This document shows positions 17,636 through 27,371 of a DNA stretch of 64,000 nucleotides, piece after piece. The first letter of the stretch is position 1. Each line of letters begins with the position of its first letter. The position numbers were made by a program, and so were the translations under genes. This stretch comes from an uncultured Gammaproteobacteria bacterium (lineage in GTDB: Bacteria; Patescibacteriota; Microgenomatia; UBA10105; UBA927). The stretch covers positions 44,384 to 108,383 of the forward strand of contig CAYUKU010000001.1 of the NCBI GenBank assembly GCA_964445435.1. Direction: 5' to 3'. The notes under the pieces are model-generated. The model searched no databases and had not been told where the DNA came from. It saw only the letters and a list, made by a program, of their open reading frames with translations.

Positions 17636-18204
17636 TACCCCAGAGTTACAAGTACCAGATCAAGCGTTTGCTTCGGCCCGTTGGAATACGTATCTATTAT
17701 AAGGTCGTAATACTTGGGATCCCAAAAATCCGTTACTGCGTACATGCGTTTCCATTTGGCGAAATTCGCCTCTTGCCTCTCACTGATGTGCGCTTTGGCT
17801 TCCTCAACCGTCAGATTATCGCGGTTCACAAGGCGGTCAATCCGAAGTGAGTCGTCGCACTGAAGAAGTATTTTCAAAACATGCGAAAGGCCGCGCATGT
17901 TCCATCCGCCGATCCATGATTCCACAACGTAATGGGCATTAGGGTCAGCAAGTTTCTTTCGCATGGCAGTATCGATTTGATAATCGATATCATCCCCGTA
18001 ATCCGTTGCCTTGTGATGCCTTCGGTCCTCCGGTTTGTGTTTCCCGTTTTGGAGGGCAAACTGTCTGGCCCACTCTCCGCCGGAAAACGTCTGCCACCCC
18101 CACGACTCCACGATGGGCTTGAGGTTCTTGAGAAGTGTTGATCTCCCCGCTCCGGGCGGGCCGGAAATAGCAATGCTGCTGTATTTCAAATTCGCAGTAT
18201 CCAT
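17620..18204 (-). CDS. cmk: Cytidylate kinase-like (archaeal-type) nucleoside monophosphate kinase
   Basis: IAISGPPGAGRST P-loop, VVESWIGGW, YDLIIDT; start at 18204 has TATAAT 6 nt upstream. Confidence 0.75.
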   Translation of the reverse strand: MDTANLKYSSIAISGPPGAGRSTLLKNLKPIVESWGWQTFSGGEWARQFALQNGKHKPEDRRHHKATDYGDDIDYQIDTAMRKKLADPNAHYVVESWIGGWNMRGLSHVLKILLQCDDSLRIDRLVNRDNLTVEEAKAHISERQEANFAKWKRMYAVTDFWDPKYYDLIIDTYSNGPKQTLDLVLVTLGYQASR

Positions 18205-18259
18205 GCACCTATTATAGGGCACCATTGACATTGGTCAACTCACCAACTCATAATAAGCC
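18205..18259. promoter_or_regulatory. Overlapping divergent sigma70 promoters
   Basis: Plus: TTGACA (18225) 18 bp CATAAT (18249), 5 nt before ATG 18260. Minus: TTGACC (18238) 16 bp TATAAT (18216), 6 nt before ATG 18204. Confidence 0.65.
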
Positions 18260-18838
18260 ATGTCTATTGCGTACCTCCCTGTTGCGTGGAGCGAATATCA
18301 CGCTCTTGCCCGTACACTCGCTGCCAATATTCTCACGGACGGCATTCATATCGACGAAGTCGTCGCCATCTCAAGAGGCGGACTGACGCTAGGACATCTT
18401 CTGACTGATCTTCTTCGCGTTCCGATCTCCACATTCACTATCCAGAGCTACACCGATATTCAGGAGCAGGGAGAGGTAAAAATTACCAAACCGCTCACCA
18501 CCCCGATTCATGACAAACATGTTCTTCTCGTCGACGACGTATCCGACTCGGGAAAAACCATTAAACGCGCGCTCGAATATCTCAAGACACAGCAACCGAA
18601 AGAGGTAACGACGCTCACCATGTACTACAAACCTCACTCGGTATTCAAGCCGGATTATTACGCGAAAGAAACATCTGCGTGGATCCTCTTCCCGTATGAA
18701 CCTACGGAAATGATTACAAACATTATCGGGAGCATGAAAAAAGAAGGAAAGTCCCAAAACGACATTGACGACTTTCTTCATACACTCAACTACGCTGACG
18801 ATCAGATCAATTTCGTCAGAAAATTCTACAGCAAATAA
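18260..18838 (+). CDS. Purine phosphoribosyltransferase (Gpt/HGXPRT-like)
   Basis: VVAISRGGL, PRPP-binding VLLVDDVSDSGKT, WILFPYE. Confidence 0.88.
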   Translation: MSIAYLPVAWSEYHALARTLAANILTDGIHIDEVVAISRGGLTLGHLLTDLLRVPISTFTIQSYTDIQEQGEVKITKPLTTPIHDKHVLLVDDVSDSGKTIKRALEYLKTQQPKEVTTLTMYYKPHSVFKPDYYAKETSAWILFPYEPTEMITNIIGSMKKEGKSQNDIDDFLHTLNYADDQINFVRKFYSK

Positions 18839-18881
18839 TTCCCCTCTTGACGCACATTCCCACGTTAGGTATAAAAACGGT

Positions 18882-18909
18882 ATAGGGCTTGATTCGCGCC
18901 CTATTTTTT
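18882..18909 (+). terminator. Terminator-like hairpin
   Basis: ATAGGGC-N9-GCCCTAT followed by a T-run; sits just after a TTGACG-17-TATAAA promoter (18847-18875). Confidence 0.5.
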
Positions 18910-18929
18910 GTGGCGAAAAGGAGGTAATT

Positions 18930-19109
18930 ATGTCAGCCGGCGGACAAGAATTAATTCCAGGAATTACAGGACCTACTACGGGTACAGCGGAGGCAACCCC
19001 ACCACCAACATTCACTCCCCCTGTGGACCAACCGCTCCATATAATCACGAGCGATACAAGCGGTGTTGTTGTATTGCCACAAGCGCCTGCGCCAGCAACT
19101 TCGACATAA
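18930..19109 (+). CDS. Small Pro/Thr-rich protein (59 aa)
   Basis: Strong SD AAGGAGGT 4 nt before the ATG; MSAGGQELIPGITGPTTG...PAPATST. Confidence 0.6.
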   Translation: MSAGGQELIPGITGPTTGTAEATPPPTFTPPVDQPLHIITSDTSGVVVLPQAPAPATST

Positions 19110-19146
19110 TGCTTGTAAAAGCATGGCGATGGCGTTAGAATAGAGT

Positions 19147-19770
19147 ATGGTGGCTGACACACTTCAGCACAACCGTACGTACCTCAGAGAAGAATTTTTG
19201 CGTGAGGCAAAAGTTCTTGATCCCCGACGCGGCTATATCTCAGTTTCTTCGTTTAATTTGCGGATGAAACCAAACGTGCTTCGCGCAGCTGCTCAGCTTA
19301 TTGTCCAGGAGTTCAAAAACGACGGCATCAATACCGTGCATGGCATTCCCCACTCCGGAAATTATCTCGCTGCCGCGGTAGCCATTGAATTTGGCGATCG
19401 CGTGCGGCTCCACAGTTCCAGAAAAGACCAAACCATCCCCGCCACCTGGAAGGACGTGTATCGCCAAGAGGTACAATCGTTTACCACAAGCGACGACGCA
19501 GTAACGGTGTACTCCGGCATCAATCTTTCGTTCGTCCAGAAAGGAGACCGCGTCTTACTTCTGGATGATGTGTGCGCAACCGGCGAAACGGCATACCAGA
19601 TAGCAGGCGGGCTTCTCAACCGGGGCGTGAAAGTACTGGGATTTGCCGTGTTGTTTGACAAAATTTTTCAGGAAGGTCTCAAGTACGTCAGCGGGTTAGG
19701 CATTAAAACGTTTTCCTGCGTCAGGGTCGCCAAAATAGGAACAGGCGATCAGATTGTGTTACAAGAATAA
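19147..19770 (+). CDS. Phosphoribosyltransferase (Xpt/Apt-like)
   Basis: HGIPHSG, SRK, VLLLDDVCATGET PRPP motif, FDKIFQEG. Confidence 0.82.
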   Translation: MVADTLQHNRTYLREEFLREAKVLDPRRGYISVSSFNLRMKPNVLRAAAQLIVQEFKNDGINTVHGIPHSGNYLAAAVAIEFGDRVRLHSSRKDQTIPATWKDVYRQEVQSFTTSDDAVTVYSGINLSFVQKGDRVLLLDDVCATGETAYQIAGGLLNRGVKVLGFAVLFDKIFQEGLKYVSGLGIKTFSCVRVAKIGTGDQIVLQE

Positions 19771-19773
19771 TAT

Positions 19774-21291
19774 ATGATACTCGTCATTGATTTCGGAAGC
19801 CAGACTGCTCACCTCATCGGTCGAAGACTGCGATCTCTAGGCGTTACTGTGGAGTATTGCTACCCTGACGTTGCCCTCTCAGTCGTCGACAAGCTCAAGC
19901 CGTCAGGTATTATTCTTTCCGGCGGACCGGATTTCGTCGACAGGCAAGGCGCGCCGACCGTTCCCAAGAAACTCTTCGACCTGGGCATTCCTGTTTTGGG
20001 CATCTGTTACGGATGGCAGCTTATGAGCTATCTTCTGGGCGGTGATGGCCAAATAACCGCAAAAGAATTCGGCCCGGAAACGCTTCATATCACGAAACCC
20101 GTCGACATATTCAAATTGCCCGAACGGGATTTTACCGTTATCGTCTCCCACGGATATACGGTAACAAAAGCGCCTCCCGGATTTGAAATCGTAGGATCCA
20201 CTGACCGCGTGCGTTTCACCGCAGGGTTTGACAAAAAACGCAAACTCTACGGCATCCAGTTTCACCCGGAAGCCCATCATACGCAGTACGGCACGGAGCT
20301 CCTTCGAAATTTCGCCCACGACGTGTGCGGGCAGGCTATCCAACCCATGAAACTCGATCCGGAAAAAATCATCCAAGACATCCGCACCACCGTCGGAAAC
20401 CAGAAAGTCATCTGTGCCGTCTCGGGAGGAGTTGATTCCACAGTTGCTGCGTTTCTCATCGGCCGGGCCATCTGGGACCATCTGATCCCTGTCTATGTCG
20501 ACAGCGGACTCATGCGTCCGGAAACCGACCTGCGCGTCAAATATATTTTTACAAAACTCATCCATGCCAATCTCATTATCGTCGATGCCAAAAAGCGCTT
20601 CCTTTCTGCTCTCGCAGGCATTACTGACCCTGAGGAAAAACGTAAAACTATCGGAAAACTCTACATAGATATCTTCCAGGAAGAAGCCAAAAAACATAAA
20701 GATGCGACATTTCTGGGACAAGGCACAATTTACTCGGATGTCATCGAATCGAAAGGAAGCAAACACGCTTCCCACATTAAATCCCACCATAACGTCGGCG
20801 GACTTCCCAAGGGACTCCCCTTCCAACTTCTTGAGCCGGTGCGGAATTTCTACAAAGACGAGGTTCGGGAATTGGGACGACTGGCAGGACTTCCGGAAGA
20901 TATTGTCATGCAACAGCCGTTCCCGGGTCCCGGGTTTGCCGTTCGCATACGCGGAGAGGTAACTGAAGAACGCCTTAAGCAGGTTATCATGGCCGACTCA
21001 ATCGTCGTTGAAGAGCTCACGCGGGCTAACTTATACGATTCGCTTTTCCAATGTTTTGCCATCATGACCGGCGCCTATTCAACGGCCGTAAAAGGAGACG
21101 AGCGGGCTTTTGCGGAAGTCGTGGGAGTCAGAGCGTACGAATCCCATGACGTTATGACCTCGCAATGGGCGCATATTCCGCATGAAATTCTTGCAAAAAT
21201 CTCCTCCCGCATCGTCAACGAGGTTCCGAATGTCTCCCGTGTCGTCTATGACATCACCACCAAGCCCCCGGCAACTATGGAATGGGAGTAG
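19774..21291 (+). CDS. guaA: GMP synthase (glutamine-hydrolysing)
   Basis: DFGSQ, GICYG, QFHPE, SGGVDS, IKSHHNVGGLP, PFPGPG, KPPATMEWE. Confidence 0.97.
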   Translation: MILVIDFGSQTAHLIGRRLRSLGVTVEYCYPDVALSVVDKLKPSGIILSGGPDFVDRQGAPTVPKKLFDLGIPVLGICYGWQLMSYLLGGDGQITAKEFGPETLHITKPVDIFKLPERDFTVIVSHGYTVTKAPPGFEIVGSTDRVRFTAGFDKKRKLYGIQFHPEAHHTQYGTELLRNFAHDVCGQAIQPMKLDPEKIIQDIRTTVGNQKVICAVSGGVDSTVAAFLIGRAIWDHLIPVYVDSGLMRPETDLRVKYIFTKLIHANLIIVDAKKRFLSALAGITDPEEKRKTIGKLYIDIFQEEAKKHKDATFLGQGTIYSDVIESKGSKHASHIKSHHNVGGLPKGLPFQLLEPVRNFYKDEVRELGRLAGLPEDIVMQQPFPGPGFAVRIRGEVTEERLKQVIMADSIVVEELTRANLYDSLFQCFAIMTGAYSTAVKGDERAFAEVVGVRAYESHDVMTSQWAHIPHEILAKISSRIVNEVPNVSRVVYDITTKPPATMEWE

Positions 21292-21293
21292 CC

Positions 21294-22145
21294 ATGAGTG
21301 ATATATACATCGATCACGTACAGGAAGCGGTTTTGCATATCCAGAAGAAAATGGGCCCGACATTTTCGCCGCGCGTCGCTCTCACGCTCGGATCCGGACT
21401 CAACAAACTTGCAGACCTCATCAAGCCGGTTGCAGTCATAAACTATAGTGACATTCCTCACTTCCCTGTATCCACCGTTCCCGGACATGAGGGAAAAATG
21501 ATTTTAGGAGACTTAGAAGGTGTACCGGTTGTGGGATTTAAAGGAAGAAAACATTATTACGAAGTCGCCGACCAGCCCGGGGCAATGGATATCGTAACGT
21601 TCCCTGTCCATGTCGCAGCAACACTCGGTTGCAGACTTTATATAGCCACAAACGCTGCGGGCGGACTCAATCCTTCCTATAACGTTGGGGATCTCATGGT
21701 CATCAAGTCGCATATCGGACTGTTTCTACCCAGCCCCCTTTTGGGCGCCCACCATGATTTTGGCGGCAATGATCTCTTTCAGCCGCAAAGCGGGGAATAC
21801 GACCAAAAACTGCGGGACCTGTTTCGCTCTCTTGATCCATCGATCCATGAAGGCGTATACGTAGCCGTCACCGGACGTGCGTACGAAACGCAGGCTGAAT
21901 GCCTGATGCTTCGTGCCATGGGCGCAGATGCCGTCGGCATGTCCACCGTACCCGAGATTCTCGCTGCCGCCAATCGAAAAATGAAAACCTGTGCCGTTTC
22001 CATGATCACCAATAAAATAGCAGAAGACGGCACGAACGCAACCAATCATGAAGAAGTCATGGCAGTACTGCAGAGTAAAGAAACCGAAGACAAATTGTAT
22101 CGCGTATTCAGGGAGTTTTTTGGGAAACTTATTGGGGCTTATTGA
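21294..22145 (+). CDS. punA: Purine nucleoside phosphorylase (trimeric family)
   Basis: LGSGL, STVPGHEG, GRKHYYE, TNAAGGLN, YETQAE, GADAVGMSTVPE. Confidence 0.92.
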   Translation: MSDIYIDHVQEAVLHIQKKMGPTFSPRVALTLGSGLNKLADLIKPVAVINYSDIPHFPVSTVPGHEGKMILGDLEGVPVVGFKGRKHYYEVADQPGAMDIVTFPVHVAATLGCRLYIATNAAGGLNPSYNVGDLMVIKSHIGLFLPSPLLGAHHDFGGNDLFQPQSGEYDQKLRDLFRSLDPSIHEGVYVAVTGRAYETQAECLMLRAMGADAVGMSTVPEILAAANRKMKTCAVSMITNKIAEDGTNATNHEEVMAVLQSKETEDKLYRVFREFFGKLIGAY

Positions 22146-23613
22146 TAACCACCGGTTTCAACCTGCTCATTGCTTCAAGCGAATACCTGACTCCCTGCAC
22201 GCCGACCCCTGATTGCCGAACGCCCAGAAACGGGAAATGATCAGGACCCCGCTGTGGCGACCCGTTAATCTGTACCGTCCCGACGTTTAGCTCGGAGGCG
22301 AATTTCAGACCTGCGCCCTCATCTTTCGTAAACACGCACGCCTGCAATCCGAACCGCTGGGAGTTCACCAGGCGAGCCGCTTCGTCCATGCTTCCTATGG
22401 CGATAAAGGAAATAACGGGACCGAACACTTCGGTGGTGACGATATTCATCGCTGGCGTTACCGCTGTAAGAATGGTTGGCTCTATATACGCATTCGTCCG
22501 TTTGCCGCCGGTTGCTACTTTCGCCCCCTGCGAAACCGCACCGTTGATTGCCTCTTCTATGTTTTTTGCTGCGTCTTGGGAAATAACCGGCCCGACGAGT
22601 TTGGTCGACTCTTCACGCGGGTCACCCATGTGAACCATGTCTTTCATGTGCTCCAACACGACGGGAAGAAGTACGTCCAAAACGTTTTGCGTCGCCACGA
22701 CATATTTGATAGCTGTACACCGTTGTCCCGCGTAAGAAAATCCGCCTTTTATAATTTCTTTCGCGGTTAATGTCATGTCCGCATCAGGAAACACGATGGT
22801 CGCATTATTTCCTCCGCACTCAAACAGAAGCGGCTTCATCGCCGCTTTCCCAGCAATTGCCATCCCCACATCAGAGCTCCCCGTGAATGCGACCATGGAG
22901 ATGTCTTTATGGGCGACTAAATAATTCCCGATCTCGCTACCGCCCCCGGTGACACAGGTAATGACGCCGGGTGGCACGCCCGCTTTCTCAAAAATTCTCA
23001 CAAGGTGAAGCCCGCTTATCCCTCCCTGGGTCGGAGGTTTGAAAACCACGCTGTTGCCCATAAGAAGTGCGGGGGCAATTTTACTGCCCGATAGGTTAAC
23101 CGGGTAATTGAACGGGGCTATCGCCAAAACGACCCCGTGGGCAACCCGTTCAATCATCGCAAGTCTCCCTTTGTCGTATCCCGGGAAATTATCGCTATCG
23201 AGCGTCTCACCTCGAATCGACTGGGCTTCGTCGGCGAAATAATCCGTCAAATCTGCGGTGCGCACGATTTCACTTTTGGCCTCCCCTGCAGTCTTGCCGA
23301 TTTCCCGGGATAGAAGTTCCGTGAGGTACGCTTCGTAGTGTCTAATCCAGTCCGCAGCAAGGTGAATAATTTTTACCCGTTCATTGAGCGGCGTGGCTTC
23401 CCATTTTTTTTGCGCTTCCCTGGCTGCTGCTATCACTCGATCAATTTCCTCAGTGGTGACAATTTGAAGTTCACCTACCGGTGCATTATCAATCGGTGAG
23501 AAAATTTGTGTTCGTTTGCCGCTCGTACTTTCTTTCCAGGTATTGCCGTCAAAGTAAAAATACGCCGGTGGGCTACCCGCTGAGCAAATGGTATCAAAAA
23601 AAGGTTCGGACAT
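22129..23613 (-). CDS. gapN: NADP-dependent non-phosphorylating glyceraldehyde-3-phosphate dehydrogenase (ALDH family)
   Basis: PFNYPVNL, KPPTQG, FTGS, GQRCTA, EVFGPV, RGPDHFPFLG. Confidence 0.85.
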   Translation of the reverse strand: MSEPFFDTICSAGSPPAYFYFDGNTWKESTSGKRTQIFSPIDNAPVGELQIVTTEEIDRVIAAAREAQKKWEATPLNERVKIIHLAADWIRHYEAYLTELLSREIGKTAGEAKSEIVRTADLTDYFADEAQSIRGETLDSDNFPGYDKGRLAMIERVAHGVVLAIAPFNYPVNLSGSKIAPALLMGNSVVFKPPTQGGISGLHLVRIFEKAGVPPGVITCVTGGGSEIGNYLVAHKDISMVAFTGSSDVGMAIAGKAAMKPLLFECGGNNATIVFPDADMTLTAKEIIKGGFSYAGQRCTAIKYVVATQNVLDVLLPVVLEHMKDMVHMGDPREESTKLVGPVISQDAAKNIEEAINGAVSQGAKVATGGKRTNAYIEPTILTAVTPAMNIVTTEVFGPVISFIAIGSMDEAARLVNSQRFGLQACVFTKDEGAGLKFASELNVGTVQINGSPQRGPDHFPFLGVRQSGVGVQGVRYSLEAMSRLKPVVINKPQ

Positions 23614-23638
23614 TATTCTTACTATAACAAAAGGAATA

Positions 23639-24379
23639 CTATGTTGTCGCGGGTATTTTTTTTATCAGACATGCGGTTTTGTTATCGGTACTTCCGTTCT
23701 CTTCGGCGGTCTTAAGAAGATGCACAACCGCCTGTGATAAACTGTCTGCCGTGTCCCCAGCGGCTTCAAGGACGACACGCAGCTCATCTTCGCTTACAAA
23801 ACCCAACACACCATCTGTAGCAAGCAGTAAAACATCGCCAATGAGAAACCGCTCTGTTTTAACGTGCGGAACCAGGCCATATCTGGTAAGTCCCACCGCA
23901 TTGGTAAGCCGGCCTGCTTCATCGATATCATACGGGGTTACCATATCGATAAGCCCGTCGCGGTAGAGATAAATACCGGAATCTCCGACCGATCCCACCC
24001 AGAGAGCATGGGTTCCTATGATTGCCGTCACCAGCGTAGATGCAAGGCCTTCTTCGTAGCCCGGCTCTCTTTTCTTCTGCCAGACGGCGATATTGACGCT
24101 TCTGAATATCCGCTTAAGGAATAGTTTTTTGTCAGCCCAATAAAATGGCCGCTCCCGGATATGTTTATATCCCCAAATTGCAGTCTCTGCTGCGAGCTTG
24201 GCGGCCACATCCCCGTGCGGCAGTCCTCCAACGCCATCGGCAACGACGAAACACTCGTCGTTGAAATTGATAAAAAAATCTTCCTGAGTAGGACGATTCC
24301 CTTGAAGCTGACTTCCCGCAAAAATAATCGCCGCCGGCGTCTTTTTGTGCCTAACAACGAGAGGGTCGACAAAATTCAT
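23639..24379 (-). CDS. PP2C-family Ser/Thr protein phosphatase
   Basis: RPTQED, VADGVGG, VGDS, LLATDG, DNKT. Confidence 0.9.
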   Translation of the reverse strand: MNFVDPLVVRHKKTPAAIIFAGSQLQGNRPTQEDFFINFNDECFVVADGVGGLPHGDVAAKLAAETAIWGYKHIRERPFYWADKKLFLKRIFRSVNIAVWQKKREPGYEEGLASTLVTAIIGTHALWVGSVGDSGIYLYRDGLIDMVTPYDIDEAGRLTNAVGLTRYGLVPHVKTERFLIGDVLLLATDGVLGFVSEDELRVVLEAAGDTADSLSQAVVHLLKTAEENGSTDNKTACLIKKIPATT

Positions 24380-24392
24380 TTCTTCTTTCGCG

Positions 24393-24995
24393 TTATCCTG
24401 AAACGAACCGTTTTTCGACCTCGTTCCAGTTCACGACATTCCACCATGCTCTAATGTAATCCGCCCGCATGTTTTGATACTTAAGGTAGTATGCGTGTTC
24501 CCAGACGTCCAATCCAAGAATGGGAGTCTTCCCTTCCATAACAGGACTATCCTGATTTGGCGTGTCCATGATGTCTAATTTTCCTCCTGATACTACAAGC
24601 CAAACCCATCCGCTTCCGAATCGTCCCATCCCGGCAGTACTAAACTTCTCCTGAAACCCCTGGATACTGCCAAACGTCGAACTTAGTGCATCTTTTAACG
24701 TACCTGCCGGTTCTTTTTGTGCATTCGGCGCCATCACCTGCCAGAAAAGGCTATGATTTGCGTGACCTCCGCCGTTATTTCGGACCTTAGTACGGACGGT
24801 TTCAGGAATCAGTGAAAGGTCAGCTATCAACTGCTCAACGGGCATGCGCAACAAATCTTCCTGACCCGCAAGGGCATCATTGAGATTTTTCACATACGCA
24901 GCATGGTGTTTTCCGTGATGAATCTGCATCGTGCGTTCGTCGATATACGGTTCAAGTGCATTTGCCGCATACGGCAATTCGGGAAGAGTAAACAT
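24393..24995 (-). CDS. sodA: Mn/Fe superoxide dismutase
   Basis: [33 protein letters not shown]. Confidence 0.96.
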   Translation of the reverse strand: MFTLPELPYAANALEPYIDERTMQIHHGKHHAAYVKNLNDALAGQEDLLRMPVEQLIADLSLIPETVRTKVRNNGGGHANHSLFWQVMAPNAQKEPAGTLKDALSSTFGSIQGFQEKFSTAGMGRFGSGWVWLVVSGGKLDIMDTPNQDSPVMEGKTPILGLDVWEHAYYLKYQNMRADYIRAWWNVVNWNEVEKRFVSG

Positions 24996-25083
24996 ACGAA
25001 ACCTCCTTTGGGATAAACATTGTACGCTAGCCTACATTATTATATACCATGCAGAAAAGCCACCCGATCGGTATAATAGAGGG

Positions 25084-27315
25084 ATGTTCGCTTCACGCAT
25101 AAAATTAGCCGCACAGTGGGTGCAAAAAAAATTACCGAAAAAGCTTACCAACGGCAAACTGTCCAGGCGCCTCGGATATGCTTTTTGGCTTTTGCCTCTA
25201 TCCATCGTCATTTCCTCTTACCTTTTGATTCTGAAAGATCTCCCCTCTCCTACAAAACTCGGTAGGTATGATATACCGCTGGCAACGAAAATATACGACA
25301 GAAACGGTCAATTGTTGTTTGATATCTTTGCCGACGAAAACCGCACCGCCGTACCGCTTGCCGAAATTCCCGTGCACGTAAGACAGGCAACTATCGCCAT
25401 AGAAGATAAGGATTTCTATAAACACCAAGGCATTAATCCTGTCGGTGGCATACTGCGAGCCATCTCTTCAAGTATCACCCGAAAACGGCTTGAGGGCGGA
25501 TCGACCATTACCCAGCAACTCGTTAAATCAGCTCTCCTCACTCCGGAGCGCACTATCATCAGAAAGATTAAAGAAGCTATCCTGGCCATTTGGGTCGAAG
25601 CGCTCTATTCAAAAGATAAGATTCTCGAACTCTACCTCAACCAAGTGCCGTATGGAGGCACAGCGTGGGGAGTCGAATCTGCAGCGGAAAAATATTTCGG
25701 AAAATCAGTGCGGGACCTGACGTTGGCAGAGTCTGCGCTTCTTGCTGGTTTACCGCAAGCGCCCACCCGGTACTCACCGTTCGGCGCATACCCGGAATAT
25801 GCGAAAAACCGACAGCGAGAAGTCCTGCGAAGAATGACGGAAGACGGCTACATAACTCATGAACAAGCCGAAGAAGCGGATAGAGCAGAACTTGTTTATA
25901 AGAGAGAAGAGGGTATAAAAGCAGGACATTTCGTCATGTACGTCAAGCAACAACTGGTAGAAAAGTACGGTGAGGCACTCGTTGAACGCGGCGGGCTAAA
26001 AGTAACCACAACCCTCGACGCTAACCTGCAGGAGTATGCCCAGGCAACGGTCGCTGCAGAAATCGCAAAACTCTCCCGCCTTCGGGTTGGGAACGGAGCG
26101 GCTCTCATCACCAAGCCCTCAACCGGGGAAATACTCGCTATGGTTGGAAGTACAGATTATTTTGCGACTCCCTCCGGGAGCTATAACGTAACAACGGCGC
26201 TTCGGCAACCCGGTTCATCGATCAAACCCATTAATTACGCAATCGGCATTGAAAACAGAATCGTCACCCCCGGAACCGTATTCCTCGACATTCCGACCTG
26301 CTTTGGGGTTACCGGTCAACCTAACTATTGTCCCAAGAATTACGACGGAAAATTTCATGGCCCTGTTGCCCTTCGCATGGCACTTGGAAATTCGTTCAAT
26401 ATACCGGCAGTGAAAATGCTAAAACTTAATTCAGTCGAAACCATGATTGCCTCCGCATCGGCCTTCGGTCTGGATACGCTTCAAGACCCGAGTCGTTATG
26501 GCTTGTCCCTTGCCTTGGGAGGCGGTGAAGTACGCATGATCGACATGGCCGAAGCATTCGGAGTTTTTGCAAACGGCGGTATCAGGAAAGACCTTGTATC
26601 CATACTCAAGGTTGTCGATAAAAACGGAAAAACGCTTGACGAGTATTCTGACCCGAATCTCAATCGGGATATACCCTCTCAACTCCTGCTCCAGGGACCG
26701 AGAGTGGTTTCCCAAGAAACGGCATTTCTCATTTCCCACATACTCTTGGATAATAACGCGCGCATTCAAGCATTCGGACCGTCATCCGAACTCGTCATCC
26801 CGCAACATGCAGTTTCCGTTAAAACAGGAACGACAGACGATTTACGGGACAACTGGACCATCGGCTACACCCCACAATATCTCGTCGCCACCTGGGTAGG
26901 AAACAATGATAATTCCCCTATGAACCGTGCGCTCGTCTCCGGCGTTACCGGAGCCGCTCCTATTTGGAACAAATTAATGCGACGCGTTCTTCAGGGCGCC
27001 TCAGATATCTGGCCAAAACAGCCTGACGGGGTAGTCGGCGCACGCATATGCTCTCTCTCTGGTCTTCTGCCACCAAACGACGGGGATGATGCAGGATGTC
27101 CAATCCGATTTGAGTATTTTATAAAGGGTACCGTGCCCACACAACGGGAAGGCTTGAAACAATCGGTGTTGATCGATAAGGCAACGGGCGATATTGCCGC
27201 ACCCGGGAAAACCGATAATGTTGAACCACAGGAACATATCGTCCTGAAGGACGGCATTTCCACGTATTGTTTGGATTGTCCCCATCCCACCGAAAATCCG
27301 ACGCCCGCACCCTAA
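25084..27315 (+). CDS. Class A penicillin-binding protein (PBP1A family)
   Basis: EDKDFYKH and GGSTITQQLVK transglycosylase; QPGSSIKP, SFN, KTGT transpeptidase; start refined to 25084. Confidence 0.93.
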   Translation: MFASRIKLAAQWVQKKLPKKLTNGKLSRRLGYAFWLLPLSIVISSYLLILKDLPSPTKLGRYDIPLATKIYDRNGQLLFDIFADENRTAVPLAEIPVHVRQATIAIEDKDFYKHQGINPVGGILRAISSSITRKRLEGGSTITQQLVKSALLTPERTIIRKIKEAILAIWVEALYSKDKILELYLNQVPYGGTAWGVESAAEKYFGKSVRDLTLAESALLAGLPQAPTRYSPFGAYPEYAKNRQREVLRRMTEDGYITHEQAEEADRAELVYKREEGIKAGHFVMYVKQQLVEKYGEALVERGGLKVTTTLDANLQEYAQATVAAEIAKLSRLRVGNGAALITKPSTGEILAMVGSTDYFATPSGSYNVTTALRQPGSSIKPINYAIGIENRIVTPGTVFLDIPTCFGVTGQPNYCPKNYDGKFHGPVALRMALGNSFNIPAVKMLKLNSVETMIASASAFGLDTLQDPSRYGLSLALGGGEVRMIDMAEAFGVFANGGIRKDLVSILKVVDKNGKTLDEYSDPNLNRDIPSQLLLQGPRVVSQETAFLISHILLDNNARIQAFGPSSELVIPQHAVSVKTGTTDDLRDNWTIGYTPQYLVATWVGNNDNSPMNRALVSGVTGAAPIWNKLMRRVLQGASDIWPKQPDGVVGARICSLSGLLPPNDGDDAGCPIRFEYFIKGTVPTQREGLKQSVLIDKATGDIAAPGKTDNVEPQEHIVLKDGISTYCLDCPHPTENPTPAP

Positions 27316-27371
27316 GATTGGAACGCTCCCCTATTGTTGGAGCCTATAGATTGTGATATAAACGCAAGGCT

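Noticed and set aside
18876-18915. Purine or preQ1 riboswitch ahead of the salvage genes
   Set aside because: Only a single hairpin with a T-run; it lacks the purine three-way junction and the A-rich preQ1 tail
19903-20913. Long antisense ORFs (336 aa opposite guaA; likewise 9965-10711, 18389-19162, 39004-39660)
   Set aside because: They shadow well-supported genes on the opposite strand and have no motifs; expected from codon bias
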